Shown: positions 10,208 to 21,003, counted from the first letter of the stretch. The stretch: DNA of 64,000 nt from Candidatus Hydrogenedentota bacterium (GCA_045863335.1 BTVY01000005.1:1-64000); one strand, 5' to 3'. Made by a program: numbers and translations. The notes: generated from the sequence alone by a model not told the origin.

Positions 10208-12132
10208 GACCCCTCCTCCCGCTCGATACCACCCGAAGACGGTCCGAGGTGTTCCTTGACGATGGCAGCGAGCGCACGACTGAACCCCGGCACGGCCGCA
10301 ATCTCGTCTACCGTGGCACTTCGTACTTTAGTCAGCGATCCCAGCGCGTTCAAGAGCGTGCGGGCGCGCTTGGGTCCCACACCGGGGATGGAGGTGAGCG
10401 TCGTGCTGAGGGTCTTCTTGCTGCGCCGTTTCCGGTGGTAGGTGATGGCGAAGCGATGGGCCTCGTCGCGAATGCGCGCGAGAAAGAGCACCACCGGCGA
10501 ATTCTGTTGCAGGATGATGGGGTCTTTCCGGCCCGGCAGAAAGAATCGCTCGGGCGAATGGGTTTCATCGCCGAGGGCGCGGGACTTGGCGATGCCCACG
10601 GCCTCGAGGTCCTCGATGCCCAGGTCTTTGAACACGGTCGTCGCCACATTGAGCTGGCCTTTGCCGCCGTCGATCAACACAAGGTCCGGCAAATCGCTTT
10701 CCTCGATGGCCCGTTTGAACCGGCGCAGCAGGACTTCCCGCATCATCGCGAAGTCATCCTGCCCCTCCACGTTCTTGATGGCGAAGCGGCGATAGCGCGA
10801 CTTCGCGGCGACCCCGCCTTCAAAGGTCACCATGGAGCCTACGGCCTGGTTGCCCTGAATCGTGGAAATGTCGAAGCACTCGATGCGGCGCGGGTCTTTC
10901 TGGAGGCGAAGCTTTTCTTTGAGCTGATTGATGAGATCGCGGTTGGCCTGATCGGCGAGACGTTTCTCCTCAAAGTTGTTTTTCGCGTTCCGTTCGGCCA
11001 TGTCGACAAGGGCCTTCTTCTCGCCGCGCTGGGGATGATGCAGGGTGACCTTCGCGCCCCGCTGCTCACCGAGGATTTCCGCGAGCACGTCGGCTTCATC
11101 GAGATCGACCGGCACAAGAATCTCGGACGGCACATTCGAGGCGTTGGCGTAGTACTGCAAAAGAAAGGAGCCGAGCACTTCTTCGATGGCCGTTTCGCGC
11201 TGGTTGAAGGAGAACGAGCGCCCGCCCATCATCTTACCGCCACGAATGAAGAGGACCTGGATCTCGCTGTACCGGCCCTGGACATAGACGCCGAATACAT
11301 CCTGATCACCCTCGGGATGGGCGCGCACGGTGCGCTGCCGTTCCAGCGTCGAGCGAAGCGCGTAGACGCGATCGCGAATTTCGGCCGCCTTCTCGAACTC
11401 CAGCTTCTCCGCGTGCTGCTGGATGGTTTCGAGCAGTTCTTTCTCCAACTCTGCATTGCGGCCTTCCAGCACCATGACGACCTGGTTGACGAGCTTGCGG
11501 TACTCCTCGCGGTCGATGTAGCCGACACAGGGCGCGCTGCACTGGTTCATCTGGTAGTAGAGGCAAGGGCGCGTGCGATTGCGCAGCACGCTGTCCGAAC
11601 AGAGTCGCAGCGGAAAGAGCCGCTGGATCTGCTTGATGGTCTCCCGCACCGCGCCCGCGCTCGAATACGGGCCGAAATACTTGGAGCCGTCTTTCCGGTA
11701 CTTGCGCGTCACCGTGACGCGGGGGAATTCGTGGGCCATGTTGATGCGCAGGCTGACGTAGGTCTTGTCGTCCTTGAGGTTGACGTTATACCGCGGCCGG
11801 TGCTCCTTGATGAGGTTGTTTTCAAGCAGCAGTGCTTCCTTCTCATTCGTGGTAAGCAGAAAGTCGATGTGAGCGACGCGCCGCATGAGGAACCGCACCA
11901 TGTAGCGCGAGTCGCTCTCGTTGATATAGGCCCGGACCCGGGACCGCAGGCTTTTCGCCTTGCCCACGTACAAAACGCGGTCCTTCTCGTCGCGCATGAT
12001 ATAGCAGCCCGGCGTCGCGGGGACTTTGGCGAGGTCAAAGGAGTCCAGAAACTCTTCCGTGCTTCGGCGTTCCGCAGGTGTGCGGAGCAACTCCATGCGT
12101 TGACGGGACGTGATTTGAGGATGATCGCTCAT
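10204..12132 (-). CDS. uvrC: Excinuclease ABC subunit C
   Basis: GIY-YIG (PGCY..LYVGKAKSLRSRV), UVR domain, ECFDIS, DLVLIDGGKGQL, IRDEAHRFA, C-terminal HhH. Confidence 0.97.
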   Translation of the reverse strand: MSDHPQITSRQRMELLRTPAERRSTEEFLDSFDLAKVPATPGCYIMRDEKDRVLYVGKAKSLRSRVRAYINESDSRYMVRFLMRRVAHIDFLLTTNEKEALLLENNLIKEHRPRYNVNLKDDKTYVSLRINMAHEFPRVTVTRKYRKDGSKYFGPYSSAGAVRETIKQIQRLFPLRLCSDSVLRNRTRPCLYYQMNQCSAPCVGYIDREEYRKLVNQVVMVLEGRNAELEKELLETIQQHAEKLEFEKAAEIRDRVYALRSTLERQRTVRAHPEGDQDVFGVYVQGRYSEIQVLFIRGGKMMGGRSFSFNQRETAIEEVLGSFLLQYYANASNVPSEILVPVDLDEADVLAEILGEQRGAKVTLHHPQRGEKKALVDMAERNAKNNFEEKRLADQANRDLINQLKEKLRLQKDPRRIECFDISTIQGNQAVGSMVTFEGGVAAKSRYRRFAIKNVEGQDDFAMMREVLLRRFKRAIEESDLPDLVLIDGGKGQLNVATTVFKDLGIEDLEAVGIAKSRALGDETHSPERFFLPGRKDPIILQQNSPVVLFLARIRDEAHRFAITYHRKRRSKKTLSTTLTSIPGVGPKRARTLLNALGSLTKVRSATVDEIAAVPGFSRALAAIVKEHLGPSSGGIEREEGS

Positions 12133-12254
12133 ACGGGCGACATAGTAGCAAATGGCGCCCGGCTCGAGCGCGGGGTTTCCAAAATTCCGATCCTATGCTA
12201 TAACGGGAGATCCAAGGGCTAAGGTGACATTGTCTCGATTGGAAGGGCTCGCGT

Positions 12255-12875
12255 ATGCAAGGCACGGCCGTAGAATGTCCCGTCTGTGGAACGAAGATGA
12301 TGATCCCTCCAGGCTACGAGAACATGGCAGCGCGATGCCGGGCCTGCAACACGGTGCTAAACCAGGGTCCGCAACTCGCGCACGCCATGGCAGGATTGGG
12401 GGCGATATCGATGCCGGCCGCCGCAGCGCCGGCTCAGCCGGTATCGCAATCTACGACCGAGTACATCAAGTGTCACCTTAAGAGTGCGCTGTTGAGTTCG
12501 TTTCTGTGGGGGAGTGCGGGCGCGATCGCCGGCGGCACCTTAATGGCCCTCATCACGGTCGCGATCATGCGAGGCGCCGACTCGACCCAGTTCGGTGCCA
12601 CCGTTTTCGGAGGGACGGAATTCGGCGTGTTCGCCGGGTTCATGTTGGGCTCCGTCTGGGGGCTTGTCGTGGGGTTCGACCTGGGCTATGGCGTCGGGGC
12701 CGCCGTTGCCGCAGGGCTCGGATTGATCTTCTCGGTAACGCATCATCTGATGGAAATCATGTTCATCGCCACGCCCGATGAACCCATTTACCTGACGGCG
12801 CTGGTGGGCATCGGGGCCGGCGCCTTCGTGGGCAGCGTGAGCGTCTGGTACAAGAACTACCGGGATAACCTGTAG
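12255..12875 (+). CDS. Zinc-ribbon membrane protein
   Basis: CPVC...CRAC N-terminal pair followed by four TM segments. Confidence 0.7.
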   Translation: MQGTAVECPVCGTKMMIPPGYENMAARCRACNTVLNQGPQLAHAMAGLGAISMPAAAAPAQPVSQSTTEYIKCHLKSALLSSFLWGSAGAIAGGTLMALITVAIMRGADSTQFGATVFGGTEFGVFAGFMLGSVWGLVVGFDLGYGVGAAVAAGLGLIFSVTHHLMEIMFIATPDEPIYLTALVGIGAGAFVGSVSVWYKNYRDNL

Positions 12876-12900
12876 TCTTGGGTGAGGACCTTCGTCCCTA

Positions 12901-15378
12901 CTAGAATTGATACGCCGGATCGAAGATTCGATCTTCGGGTTCTTCTCTTTTCCAAAGCACGTAAATTGTGCCAGCCTTGGCGTCAAAGCTGACAACACCG
13001 TCATCCCGCGAAGAGATTGCCACCGGAACGAGTCTGTCCGCGTCAATCTGTTCCCGTACCGCCTCCCACGACTTTGCGTCGGTCGCGGTAACGTTATCGG
13101 GATATGGCGCGACGTTCAGCGGTGTCAGACTCCTCACCAGGCATGGCGCGTCGACATGGGCGCGGATCACCGCCATCTCCAGGCGCCGCTGGTCCCACAT
13201 CATGTCCACTTCAAAGCCCCTGCGCGCCCGCAGACCGGTAACCTGGCCTTGGCTCCACTCAACCGGCAACGCCGGGAGCAAGTGAACTTCGCCGGCGTGG
13301 CTTTGCAACAGCATCTCGGCGATCCCGGCCGTGGCGCCAAAATTGCCATCGATCTGGAACGGCGGATGATCGTCAAAGAGGTTTGGCAACGTCGATTTCT
13401 GGAACAGCGCCTGCAGATTGCGGTAGGCCTGATCCGCATGTTCGAACCGCGCCCAGAAGTTGATCATCCAGGCCCGGCTCCATCCCGTGTGCCCGCCGCC
13501 GTGGGATAGCCGGTACTCCAGCGACTTCCGCGCCGCCCCCGCCAGCTCCGGCGTGCCGCGCAGGGTGATCTGATCGCCGGGATGGAGGGCGTACAGGTGC
13601 GACATATGGCGATGTCCCGGCTCGGGTTCCTCGTAGTCCTCGATCCACTCCTGCAACCGCCCGGTCTTCGCGCTGATCTGCAAGGGTGCCAGCCGATCCA
13701 GGGCGGACTGCAGCTCCGCGCGGAACTCGGCGTCGATGTCGAGAATCTCGCTCGCTTCGATGGTGTTGGTGATGAGATCGTGAATGATCTCCAAATCCAT
13801 CGTCGCCCCGTAAGTGAACATGGACTCCGTTCCATCTGCCTTGCGGAAGCGGTTCTCCGGCGAGTGGGACGGGTTGGTCACGAGACGTCCCTGCGGATCT
13901 TCGACGAGGTAATCGAGCATGAACAGCGCCGCGCCTTTCATCAAAGGGTAGGCGTCTTTCCGCAGGAACATTTCGTCGCGCGAGAAGAGGTAATGCTCGT
14001 AGGGATGCTGTGCCAGCCAGGCCGCGCCCATGGGCCAGATGCCCCAGACGCCGTCCGCCGGAGCGGTGAAACCGAAGATATCGCTCAGATGATGGACCAC
14101 CCAGCCGCGGCAGCCGTAGTGGACCTGTGCGGTGTGCTCGCCGGACGGTACGAGCGAATTCATGTAGTCGAACAAGGGCACGTGGCATTCGGCGAGGTTG
14201 GTTACCTCGGCGGGCCAGTAGTTCATTTGCAGGTTGATGTTCGTGTGGTAATCACTGTTCCACGGCGCGTTCATGTGCTCGTTCCACAACCCTTGCAAGT
14301 TTGCGGGCAGGCAACCGGGGCGCGACGATCCCATGAGCAGATAGCGCCCGTATTGAAAGTAGAGTTCGACCAAGTGCGGATCGTTCACGCCCTCACGTTG
14401 TTTGGCGAGCCGTTCGTCCGTGGGTAATTCGGGGTGGGGATCTTCTCCGAGGTCCATCGACACCCGGCGAAAGAGAGACTCATGATCCGCGATATGCTCC
14501 GTGCGAAGCTCGTCGTATGTTTGCTCTGCAATACGTTCGAGATACTGTCGGCATTGCGATTCCGGATCGCCGCCGCGATAATCCGTGGCCGCAACGACGA
14601 GTAAGGTCACTTCATTCGCGCCCTCAACTTCCAGAACGCCGTCGGCGTTTTCGGTTTCTCCTCCGTCCACTTGCACAAGGAGATGCGATTCGAATCGAAC
14701 ACCAACGGGGTTTTCCTCATCGTCCTTCGGCGCCGCAATCTGCCCGCGCAGGATAAGTCGATCGTTACCTTCGCTCAGACAAACGGCGTCTTGCTCGCGC
14801 GTGAACGAAAGGTCCAGAGTTATGGTGCCCGGCCGGTCCGTAGTAATGCGGGTCACGACTGCTTGCGCGGGCGCAGACGCGAAGGTCTCGCGATGGAAGC
14901 GAACGCCATCGATGGTGTAATCCACCGCAACGACGCCGGTATCGAGATTGAGCGAACGGCGGTAATCGCGCGCTTCCCCGTCCTCTGGGAACGCAATCCA
15001 CAAATCCCCGAGCGATTGATACGAATTGATGCGCTCGGGAATGCCCATCATCGTTTCACCCGCGAGTTTGGCGGCTGTTTCGTTCTTGCCTTCGAAGAGC
15101 AGGCGCCGCACTTCCGGCAACGCTTCCAGCGCGTTAGGATTCGTACGGTCAAAGCGCTTGCCGTCCCAAACGGTTTCCTCGTTGAGCTGTATGCGTTCCT
15201 TCGAAACCCCGCCGAAGACCATGGCGCCCAAGCGGCCATTGCCGATCGGCAGGGCCTCCGTCCACGCTTCCGCAGGCGTGCGGTACCAGAGGGAGAGCGG
15301 ACCCTTCGGCGGCGGGGCGTCCGCGCGAGTGGGCAACACGCCCAACAGCAATACCGCAGCAAGAATCGACAGCTTCAT
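12901..15378 (-). CDS. Glycoside hydrolase family 95 (alpha-1,2-L-fucosidase-like)
   Basis: [49 protein letters not shown]; signal peptide from MKLSIL. Confidence 0.93.
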   Translation of the reverse strand: MKLSILAAVLLLGVLPTRADAPPPKGPLSLWYRTPAEAWTEALPIGNGRLGAMVFGGVSKERIQLNEETVWDGKRFDRTNPNALEALPEVRRLLFEGKNETAAKLAGETMMGIPERINSYQSLGDLWIAFPEDGEARDYRRSLNLDTGVVAVDYTIDGVRFHRETFASAPAQAVVTRITTDRPGTITLDLSFTREQDAVCLSEGNDRLILRGQIAAPKDDEENPVGVRFESHLLVQVDGGETENADGVLEVEGANEVTLLVVAATDYRGGDPESQCRQYLERIAEQTYDELRTEHIADHESLFRRVSMDLGEDPHPELPTDERLAKQREGVNDPHLVELYFQYGRYLLMGSSRPGCLPANLQGLWNEHMNAPWNSDYHTNINLQMNYWPAEVTNLAECHVPLFDYMNSLVPSGEHTAQVHYGCRGWVVHHLSDIFGFTAPADGVWGIWPMGAAWLAQHPYEHYLFSRDEMFLRKDAYPLMKGAALFMLDYLVEDPQGRLVTNPSHSPENRFRKADGTESMFTYGATMDLEIIHDLITNTIEASEILDIDAEFRAELQSALDRLAPLQISAKTGRLQEWIEDYEEPEPGHRHMSHLYALHPGDQITLRGTPELAGAARKSLEYRLSHGGGHTGWSRAWMINFWARFEHADQAYRNLQALFQKSTLPNLFDDHPPFQIDGNFGATAGIAEMLLQSHAGEVHLLPALPVEWSQGQVTGLRARRGFEVDMMWDQRRLEMAVIRAHVDAPCLVRSLTPLNVAPYPDNVTATDAKSWEAVREQIDADRLVPVAISSRDDGVVSFDAKAGTIYVLWKREEPEDRIFDPAYQF

Positions 15379-15502
15379 GATCGCGCCCCCCGGTGTCCAT
15401 GCGCCATTTCGAGCCGTCACTCTAGCAAGTCAATGGCGAGACATTCACCTGAGTGGTAGGGATTCGGCCGGAATCTTGGATGTAGGTCTCCACTGGATCT
15501 CG

Positions 15503-15645
15503 CTAGTTTCCCGAACCCTGAGTTCCTTCTCAAAGATCTTGTGTGACGTGTCGCCAAAAGTCCCCCTTTGAAGGGGGATTTAGGGGGATGTTCCCTCAGA
15601 TACCGGAAAAAAAAGTGAAACGAATCTTGAATTCACTACTCTAGT
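15503..15645. mobile_element. ~143-bp CTAG-bounded MITE-like element, family B copy 1
   Basis: Closely matches 35564-35705 over its whole length; CTAG at both ends; internal CCCCCTTTGAAGGGGG hairpin. Confidence 0.75.
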
Positions 15646-15678
15646 TTCATCTACAGACGACCATTGCATCCATGAATG

Positions 15679-15754
15679 GGCCACGAAAGAACGCAAAGAA
15701 CTCAAAAGAAGAGAAGATGAGTTCCCTTCGCGTTCTTTGTGATCCTTCGTGGCC
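15679..15754. repeat. Palindromic element with 9-bp internal periodicity
   Basis: GGCCACGAAAGAACGCAAAGAAC ... GTTCTTTGTGATCCTTCGTGGCC imperfect inverted repeat. Confidence 0.6.
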
Positions 15755-16078
15755 GATTTATTTCTTCATTGGCAGTGGATCCGAACGGCAGAATCTTCTC
15801 AAGGAACGGCCGTTCGTCCTCTGCCTACGCCACGCCTTGGTATCGCATTTTCGAAATCTGAAATCTCAGATTTGAGATTCATTAACCGATCTCGAATGCC
15901 ACCGCGACCGACATAGTTTCGATGCAAGAAACCGTCTCCATTTGAGTCGCGCCCTGCAACGACGGGAGAAATGAAAATGCTCCCCCCGCGAACGAGGGGA
16001 GCTGATGAAGGGTCATTTGTTTGTTGCCGATACGGTCACCGGTTTCCAGACTCGGGTGATGTGCCCTGCGACCTGGTG

Positions 16079-17290
16079 TTACCGGCGTCGCATCAGCCTG
16101 CGGCCGCGGGGATTCGCGCGGCGGCCATTCTTGCGGGGGCCTTCGCCTTCCGCACGAAAGCCGGAGTACACCGGCACCGCGCCTTCCCATTCTTCCCGCG
16201 GGATGCTCTTGCCGAGGGCTTTCTCGATGGTTGTCAACGCCCGATGATCTTCCGGGCTTACGAACGTGATCGCATCGCCGTCGGCGCTGGCGCGAGCCGT
16301 GCGGCCAATCCGGTGGATGTAATCGTCCGAGCTGTTCGGGATGTCAAAGTTAAACACGTGCGTGATGCCCTGCACGTCGAGTCCGCGCGCGGCTACATCG
16401 GTGGCGACCAGAACCTGGTAGCGCCCCTGTCGGAAGCCTTCGATGGCCTGTTGCCGCTGGCCCTGCGTGCGGCCGCCGTGGATGGCCTGAACCTTGAACC
16501 CGGAACTCTTCAGCGCCTTCGCGACGCGATCGGTGCGGTGCTTCGTGCGCAGAAAGACGAGGGCAGATCCAACTTCCTTCTCGCGAAGGATCTTGGAGAG
16601 CAACTCGACTTTCTCGGTTTGGTGCACCGTGTACACCCCCTGCCGAACGGCATCCGCGGGACACGCGATCCGGCCGATTTCGATTCGCGCGGGATTGTGC
16701 TGCATTTCGCGGGCGAAACGCTCGATCTCCTTCGGAAACGTTGCGGAGAACATGAGCGTCTGCCGCTCTTTCGGCAGGGCGGCAACGATGCGGCGGATGT
16801 CGGGCATGAATCCCATGTCCAGCATGCGGTCCGCTTCATCCAGCGCGAGAATGGAAAGATCGCTGAACCGCACATTGCCGCGGTTCATGTGATCGATGAG
16901 GCGTCCCGGCGTGGCCACGATGATGGCCGATCCGCTGCGCAAGGCGCGGGTCTGGTTCTCGAATCCGACACCGCCGTAGATGCACGCCGTGCGCAGGCCG
17001 AGGGCCTTGCCCAGGGGGGCGATGACCTTCTCCACCTGGTGCGCCAACTCGCGCGTCGGCGTGAGCACGAGCATGCGCGTGCGGCCGGGTTGGCATCCCG
17101 CGAGCTGCGTCAGCGACGGCAACCCGAAGGCCAGCGTCTTGCCCGTGCCCGTCTGGGCGATGGCAACGAGGTCCCGCCCTTCCAGCGCGACCGGAATGGC
17201 CTCGGCCTGGACAGGCGTGGGTTCCGTAATGCCTTGGCGTTGAAGGACGCTCAGGCAGCGCGGATGAATTCCCAATTGATCAAAAGACAT
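16079..17290 (-). CDS. DEAD-box RNA helicase (RhlE-like)
   Basis: Q motif, AQTGTGKT, PTRELA, LDEADRMLDMGF, SAT, ARGLD, YIHRIGRTAR; basic tail. Confidence 0.95.
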   Translation of the reverse strand: MSFDQLGIHPRCLSVLQRQGITEPTPVQAEAIPVALEGRDLVAIAQTGTGKTLAFGLPSLTQLAGCQPGRTRMLVLTPTRELAHQVEKVIAPLGKALGLRTACIYGGVGFENQTRALRSGSAIIVATPGRLIDHMNRGNVRFSDLSILALDEADRMLDMGFMPDIRRIVAALPKERQTLMFSATFPKEIERFAREMQHNPARIEIGRIACPADAVRQGVYTVHQTEKVELLSKILREKEVGSALVFLRTKHRTDRVAKALKSSGFKVQAIHGGRTQGQRQQAIEGFRQGRYQVLVATDVAARGLDVQGITHVFNFDIPNSSDDYIHRIGRTARASADGDAITFVSPEDHRALTTIEKALGKSIPREEWEGAVPVYSGFRAEGEGPRKNGRRANPRGRRLMRRR

Positions 17291-17596
17291 AGTTTCCCTT
17301 TCATTTTGCCGGCTCGTCTCGGAGCCATAGCGTTGGCTGATGCTGTATGCTCAACGCTGGCAAAACGGGGAAACGACACAAGTGCAGTGTCCAAATTCTG
17401 AGGTGAGCATCGTGTAGGAGAGAAGACCGGTTAAAGACAACCGCCTACCTGACCAGCAGACTTACATTGCGGAGAGTGTACATGGTAATTTCGGTAAAAG
17501 CAAATGGACGCGCCGCCGTATCGAATCAAATGTGACAACGGTTCTCGCATCCCGCATAATACGGCCTCGGTAATAACCATTGATGAGGAACGGATC

Positions 17597-18385
17597 GTGT
17601 CCGAAGTTTTTGAAGCCAAGGAAACCATCGATGAATGGGATCACGCCTATTATCATCCCATTTCGTTAAAGCTTTACGACTGGGCCGTGGCGGATATGCT
17701 GCGGCTCATGGAAGTCGAACCCGGCGCGACCGTGCTGGACGGCGGCTGTGGTCCCGGGGTCCACAGCATTCGCGTCGCCAAGTTGGGGCATCCGGTTGTC
17801 GGGATCGACATCTCGAACGGCATGCTCGAGCAGGCGCGCCAGCGTTCCGAAGCCGCGGGCGTGGCGGACAAGATCGAATTCCACCAGAAGGATCTCACCG
17901 CGCTGGACCTGCCGGACGCCGCGTACCGGTATGTCTTCTCGTGGGGCGTCATCATTCACATCCCCACCATCGAAAAGGCGCTGGACGAACTGGCGCGCGT
18001 GGTCGAACCCGGCGGTAGGCTCGCGCTCTACCTCACCAACAAGCATGCCATCGATCAGTCCGTTGAGCGCTTCGCGCGATTCGTATTGCGCAAGCCGTTG
18101 GAAGGGCTCGAACACCTGCCCATGGGCGACGGCGTCTGGTATGACATGAGCGGAGAGCGGTTGTGGGTGTGGAAACTGGACGCGGCGGCCGTTGAGGCCC
18201 ACTTGGCCAAACATGGCTTCCGGCTGAAACACCGGCGTATCGGCGAGCTTTCGGAAATCCAGACGCGGCTGAAGGGCTTTCCACGCCGCGTGCTGTTGCA
18301 CCTTAACAACCTCGCCTACCGCATGAACCTGCCGCCACGGATTGGCGCGACCAACCTGTATATCTTCGAGAAGTCGAAGGGGTAA
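17597..18385 (+). CDS. Class I SAM-dependent methyltransferase
   Basis: VLDGGCGPG motif I, GIDIS, RVVEPGG; GTG start after GAGGA SD. Confidence 0.88.
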   Translation: MSEVFEAKETIDEWDHAYYHPISLKLYDWAVADMLRLMEVEPGATVLDGGCGPGVHSIRVAKLGHPVVGIDISNGMLEQARQRSEAAGVADKIEFHQKDLTALDLPDAAYRYVFSWGVIIHIPTIEKALDELARVVEPGGRLALYLTNKHAIDQSVERFARFVLRKPLEGLEHLPMGDGVWYDMSGERLWVWKLDAAAVEAHLAKHGFRLKHRRIGELSEIQTRLKGFPRRVLLHLNNLAYRMNLPPRIGATNLYIFEKSKG

Positions 18386-18417
18386 ATCCGAAGACAGGGC
18401 AGCGGCGATCATTCGTT

Positions 18418-18489
18418 GATCAGACCGATCAGTCGGATCAGTCGGATCAGTCCGATCGGTCGGATCAGTCTGGTCAGTCCGATCTGTCT
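18418..18489. repeat. 9-bp tandem repeat (consensus GATCAGTCS) x8
   Basis: gatcagacc gatcagtcg gatcagtcg gatcagtcc gatcggtcg gatcagtct ggtcagtcc gatctgtct between convergent genes. Confidence 0.85.
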
Positions 18490-18504
18490 TCAGGGAAGCG
18501 CCCC

Positions 18505-18927
18505 CTACGCCGGCTCGGGCGGCAGGATCGTCTTCAACGCGGTGAGCAAGTCCGCTCCCTGGGGTTGCTGCCTGATAATGACCACGAAGGGGTATCGCGT
18601 ATAGGTTTCCGGTTTTCCCGGAATTTCCTGGCCCGCCTCCGCTTCGGCAATCACCAGCAGCCCCGACGCGTCTTTCGCGATGTTGAAAACCTTTTGGTCC
18701 GAGATGCGCAGGATATCGATCCAGAGGTTATCGCCTTTTACCGTGATGCCTTCGTCGAACCGGAAATGCTGGCCTTGCGGCGTGGGAGCCGGTTCCTGAG
18801 ATTTGATCGAAACGCCCTTCTTCTGAAGTTTCGCCACGAGATCGCCGGCAGTATTGATTTGGGGCGCCATCGTACATCCGGCAAGGGCGAGGACAATGAC
18901 GGAAGCGGTGAGAAACGGTAACTTCAT
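18505..18927 (-). CDS. Hypothetical lipoprotein
   Basis: AAGGAGG SD; MKLPFLTASVIVLALAGC lipobox. Confidence 0.75.
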   Translation of the reverse strand: MKLPFLTASVIVLALAGCTMAPQINTAGDLVAKLQKKGVSIKSQEPAPTPQGQHFRFDEGITVKGDNLWIDILRISDQKVFNIAKDASGLLVIAEAEAGQEIPGKPETYTRYPFVVIIRQQPQGADLLTALKTILPPEPA

Positions 18928-18989
18928 AGCGGACCTCCTTGGATTTGTTTGGGCATGACTCTCCGGGTTGAATGTGAACGGATGATTGA

Positions 18990-19604
18990 CTATTCGGTCT
19001 CGGGCACGAGTTGAAATCGGTGCTGATAGAGCGCTTCGGAATCGGGCGGCAATTCGGTCGCCGCGGGATCGAGTTCCACGTCCGGACAAAGCGCAAGCAC
19101 GATGACGATGTTTCCGCCGAAGGCAAACCCCGGCAGCGTCACGTCGTACGCGACCGTCCCGCTCCAGTTTGCTTCGACGGCGCGCAACTGGGCCCCTTCC
19201 ATGGAGCCCGGTGAATAGGCTTCGTTGCCGAGGTCGCCACCATCTGCGATGTACTGCAACCCGAGGATTACTGGTTGGCTCGACGCGTTTTCTACGTCGA
19301 CCTCGATCCGCGCATCCCGCACCGTCGGATCGGGCAAGCGCAGTCCCGTAACGATCACATCGCCCGATTGATCCGCAACCTCCGACAGGGTTTCGTTGAT
19401 GGGCACCGGTTTGGGGAAATTCTTGAGTTGCATGTACGTGCTGGTGGCGGCCAGTCCAAGCAGCAAGACCACCACGCCCAGCCAGGCAATGGGATACCGC
19501 CATTGGCGCTTGATCCGCCACAGGAGCCAGCCCGGCACCGCCGCAAGAGCGCCCACCGAAACAACGGCAAGCGTAATGAGCACAAGAAGAAAGATGGTAG
19601 ACAC
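18990..19604 (-). CDS. Hypothetical membrane protein
   Basis: Two N-terminal TM helices then soluble domain; GGGAGAG SD before GTG. Confidence 0.65.
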   Translation of the reverse strand: MSTIFLLVLITLAVVSVGALAAVPGWLLWRIKRQWRYPIAWLGVVVLLLGLAATSTYMQLKNFPKPVPINETLSEVADQSGDVIVTGLRLPDPTVRDARIEVDVENASSQPVILGLQYIADGGDLGNEAYSPGSMEGAQLRAVEANWSGTVAYDVTLPGFAFGGNIVIVLALCPDVELDPAATELPPDSEALYQHRFQLVPETE

Positions 19605-19657
19605 GGCGCGAACTCTCCCTGCGACGCATTCGTGGAATGCGAATCGTCGTTAGCGGG

Positions 19658-20728
19658 CTACTTGCACGCCGCGACGTTCCGTTTCGGATCGAGTACGGCG
19701 TGGGTCTCTTGAATCAACTCGGCCGTTTGCTCCCAACTGATGCAGGAGTCCGTAATGGACACGCCATACTTCAGCGCGGACACATCGTCGCCCAGCGGTT
19801 GATTGCCCTCGTTCAGGTTGCTCTCGAGCATCATGCCGAGGACGTTCTTGTTGCCCTTGATGCGCTGCTCGACGACCGCGCGCCACACGGCGGGCTGCTT
19901 CCGGTAGTCCTTCTCGGAATTCGCGTGGCTGCAGTCCACCACGATATTGGGATCGAGGTCCTGCTTGAGCAGCGCCTCCGTAGCTTCCTGGACGAACTCG
20001 GCCGCGTGGTTGGGACCCGAACGGCCGCCGCGCAGGATGATGTGCCCGTATGGGTTGCCGGTGGTGTTGACGACGCAGGTCTGCCCGTCGAAATCGATGC
20101 CGAGAAAAGCGTGAGGGTGGCGGGCTGCCTGAATGGCGTCCACGGCCGTTTGCAGATTGCCGTCGGTCCCGTTCTTGAAACCGACCGGCATGGAGAGACC
20201 GCTGGCCATTTGACGGTGCGTTTGGGATTCAGTGGTCCGCGCGCCGAGGGATGCCCAAGCCACGAGGTCGGCCGTGTACTGGGGCGTAATGGGATCGAGC
20301 ATTTCGCTGGCGCAGGGCAAGCCCATCTCGTTGATGCGCAGGAGAATCTCGCGGGCTTTGCGCAGGCCGCCCTCGATGTCGAATGCGCCGTCCAATGACG
20401 GATCGTTGATGAGACCTTTCCAGCCGACTGTCGTGCGAGGCTTCTCAAAGTAAACCCGCATAACGAGATACAGCCGATCGCCCACCTTCTTCGCCAGCTC
20501 CGAAAGGCGCATGGCGTACTCCAGCGCGGCGATTTCATCGTGTATGGAGCAGGGTCCGACGACGGCCATGAGCCGGCTGTCTTTTCGGGCTAAGATGTCC
20601 TGCACAGCTTGGCGTCCGTTCAGCACGGTGACCCGCGCGGCCGCTGAAATCGGGAGAAACTCCTTGAGTTCCCGCGGCGAAACCAGCGGAACCATGCTCC
20701 GAACGTGAATATTCTGTGTCTTGTCCAT
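19658..20728 (-). CDS. aroG: DAHP synthase, class I-alpha (AroF/G/H type; isozyme not determinable)
   Basis: VVGPCSIHD, RVYFEKPRTTVGWKGLINDP, GARTTESQTHRQMASGLS, DCSHANS, YGVSITDSC. Confidence 0.95.
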   Translation of the reverse strand: MDKTQNIHVRSMVPLVSPRELKEFLPISAAARVTVLNGRQAVQDILARKDSRLMAVVGPCSIHDEIAALEYAMRLSELAKKVGDRLYLVMRVYFEKPRTTVGWKGLINDPSLDGAFDIEGGLRKAREILLRINEMGLPCASEMLDPITPQYTADLVAWASLGARTTESQTHRQMASGLSMPVGFKNGTDGNLQTAVDAIQAARHPHAFLGIDFDGQTCVVNTTGNPYGHIILRGGRSGPNHAAEFVQEATEALLKQDLDPNIVVDCSHANSEKDYRKQPAVWRAVVEQRIKGNKNVLGMMLESNLNEGNQPLGDDVSALKYGVSITDSCISWEQTAELIQETHAVLDPKRNVAACK

Positions 20729-20855
20729 CCCGTACCCAACCTCATGCAGCGGTTCCAAGCTAAAGAGATAGTATGGCAGATCTTGGGACAGATGGGCAAA
20801 TCCGGCGGGTCGTCGTGCAAAGCGCCGACGGATTTCCGGATGTTGAGTCGCGCAG

Positions 20856-20906
20856 TTACCACGGCACCCAGCGTATCCACCTTGTAATCATGGAGATCAT
20901 GCGCAT
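20856..20906 (-). promoter_or_regulatory. Possible Trp-rich leader peptide MRMISMITRWIRWVPW upstream of DAHP synthase
   Basis: 3 TGG codons in the last 7 sense codons; same strand, 127 bp upstream of the DAHP synthase ATG; weak SD. Confidence 0.35.
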
Positions 20907-20931
20907 GCTGGTGCGGGTGGTCCGTTTCGTG

Positions 20932-20967
20932 ATGGACGATATGGACTTTATGGACAGTATGGACGGA
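20932..20967. repeat. 9-bp tandem repeat ATGGACNNN x4
   Basis: atggacgat atggacttt atggacagt atggacgga. Confidence 0.7.
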
Positions 20968-21003
20968 GTTCGCCGCGGCGGGCCGCGAACTGTCAAAGCT
21001 GGT

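Noticed and set aside
15672-15875. 67-aa ORF
   Set aside because: Composed of repeat-element sequence with no protein features.
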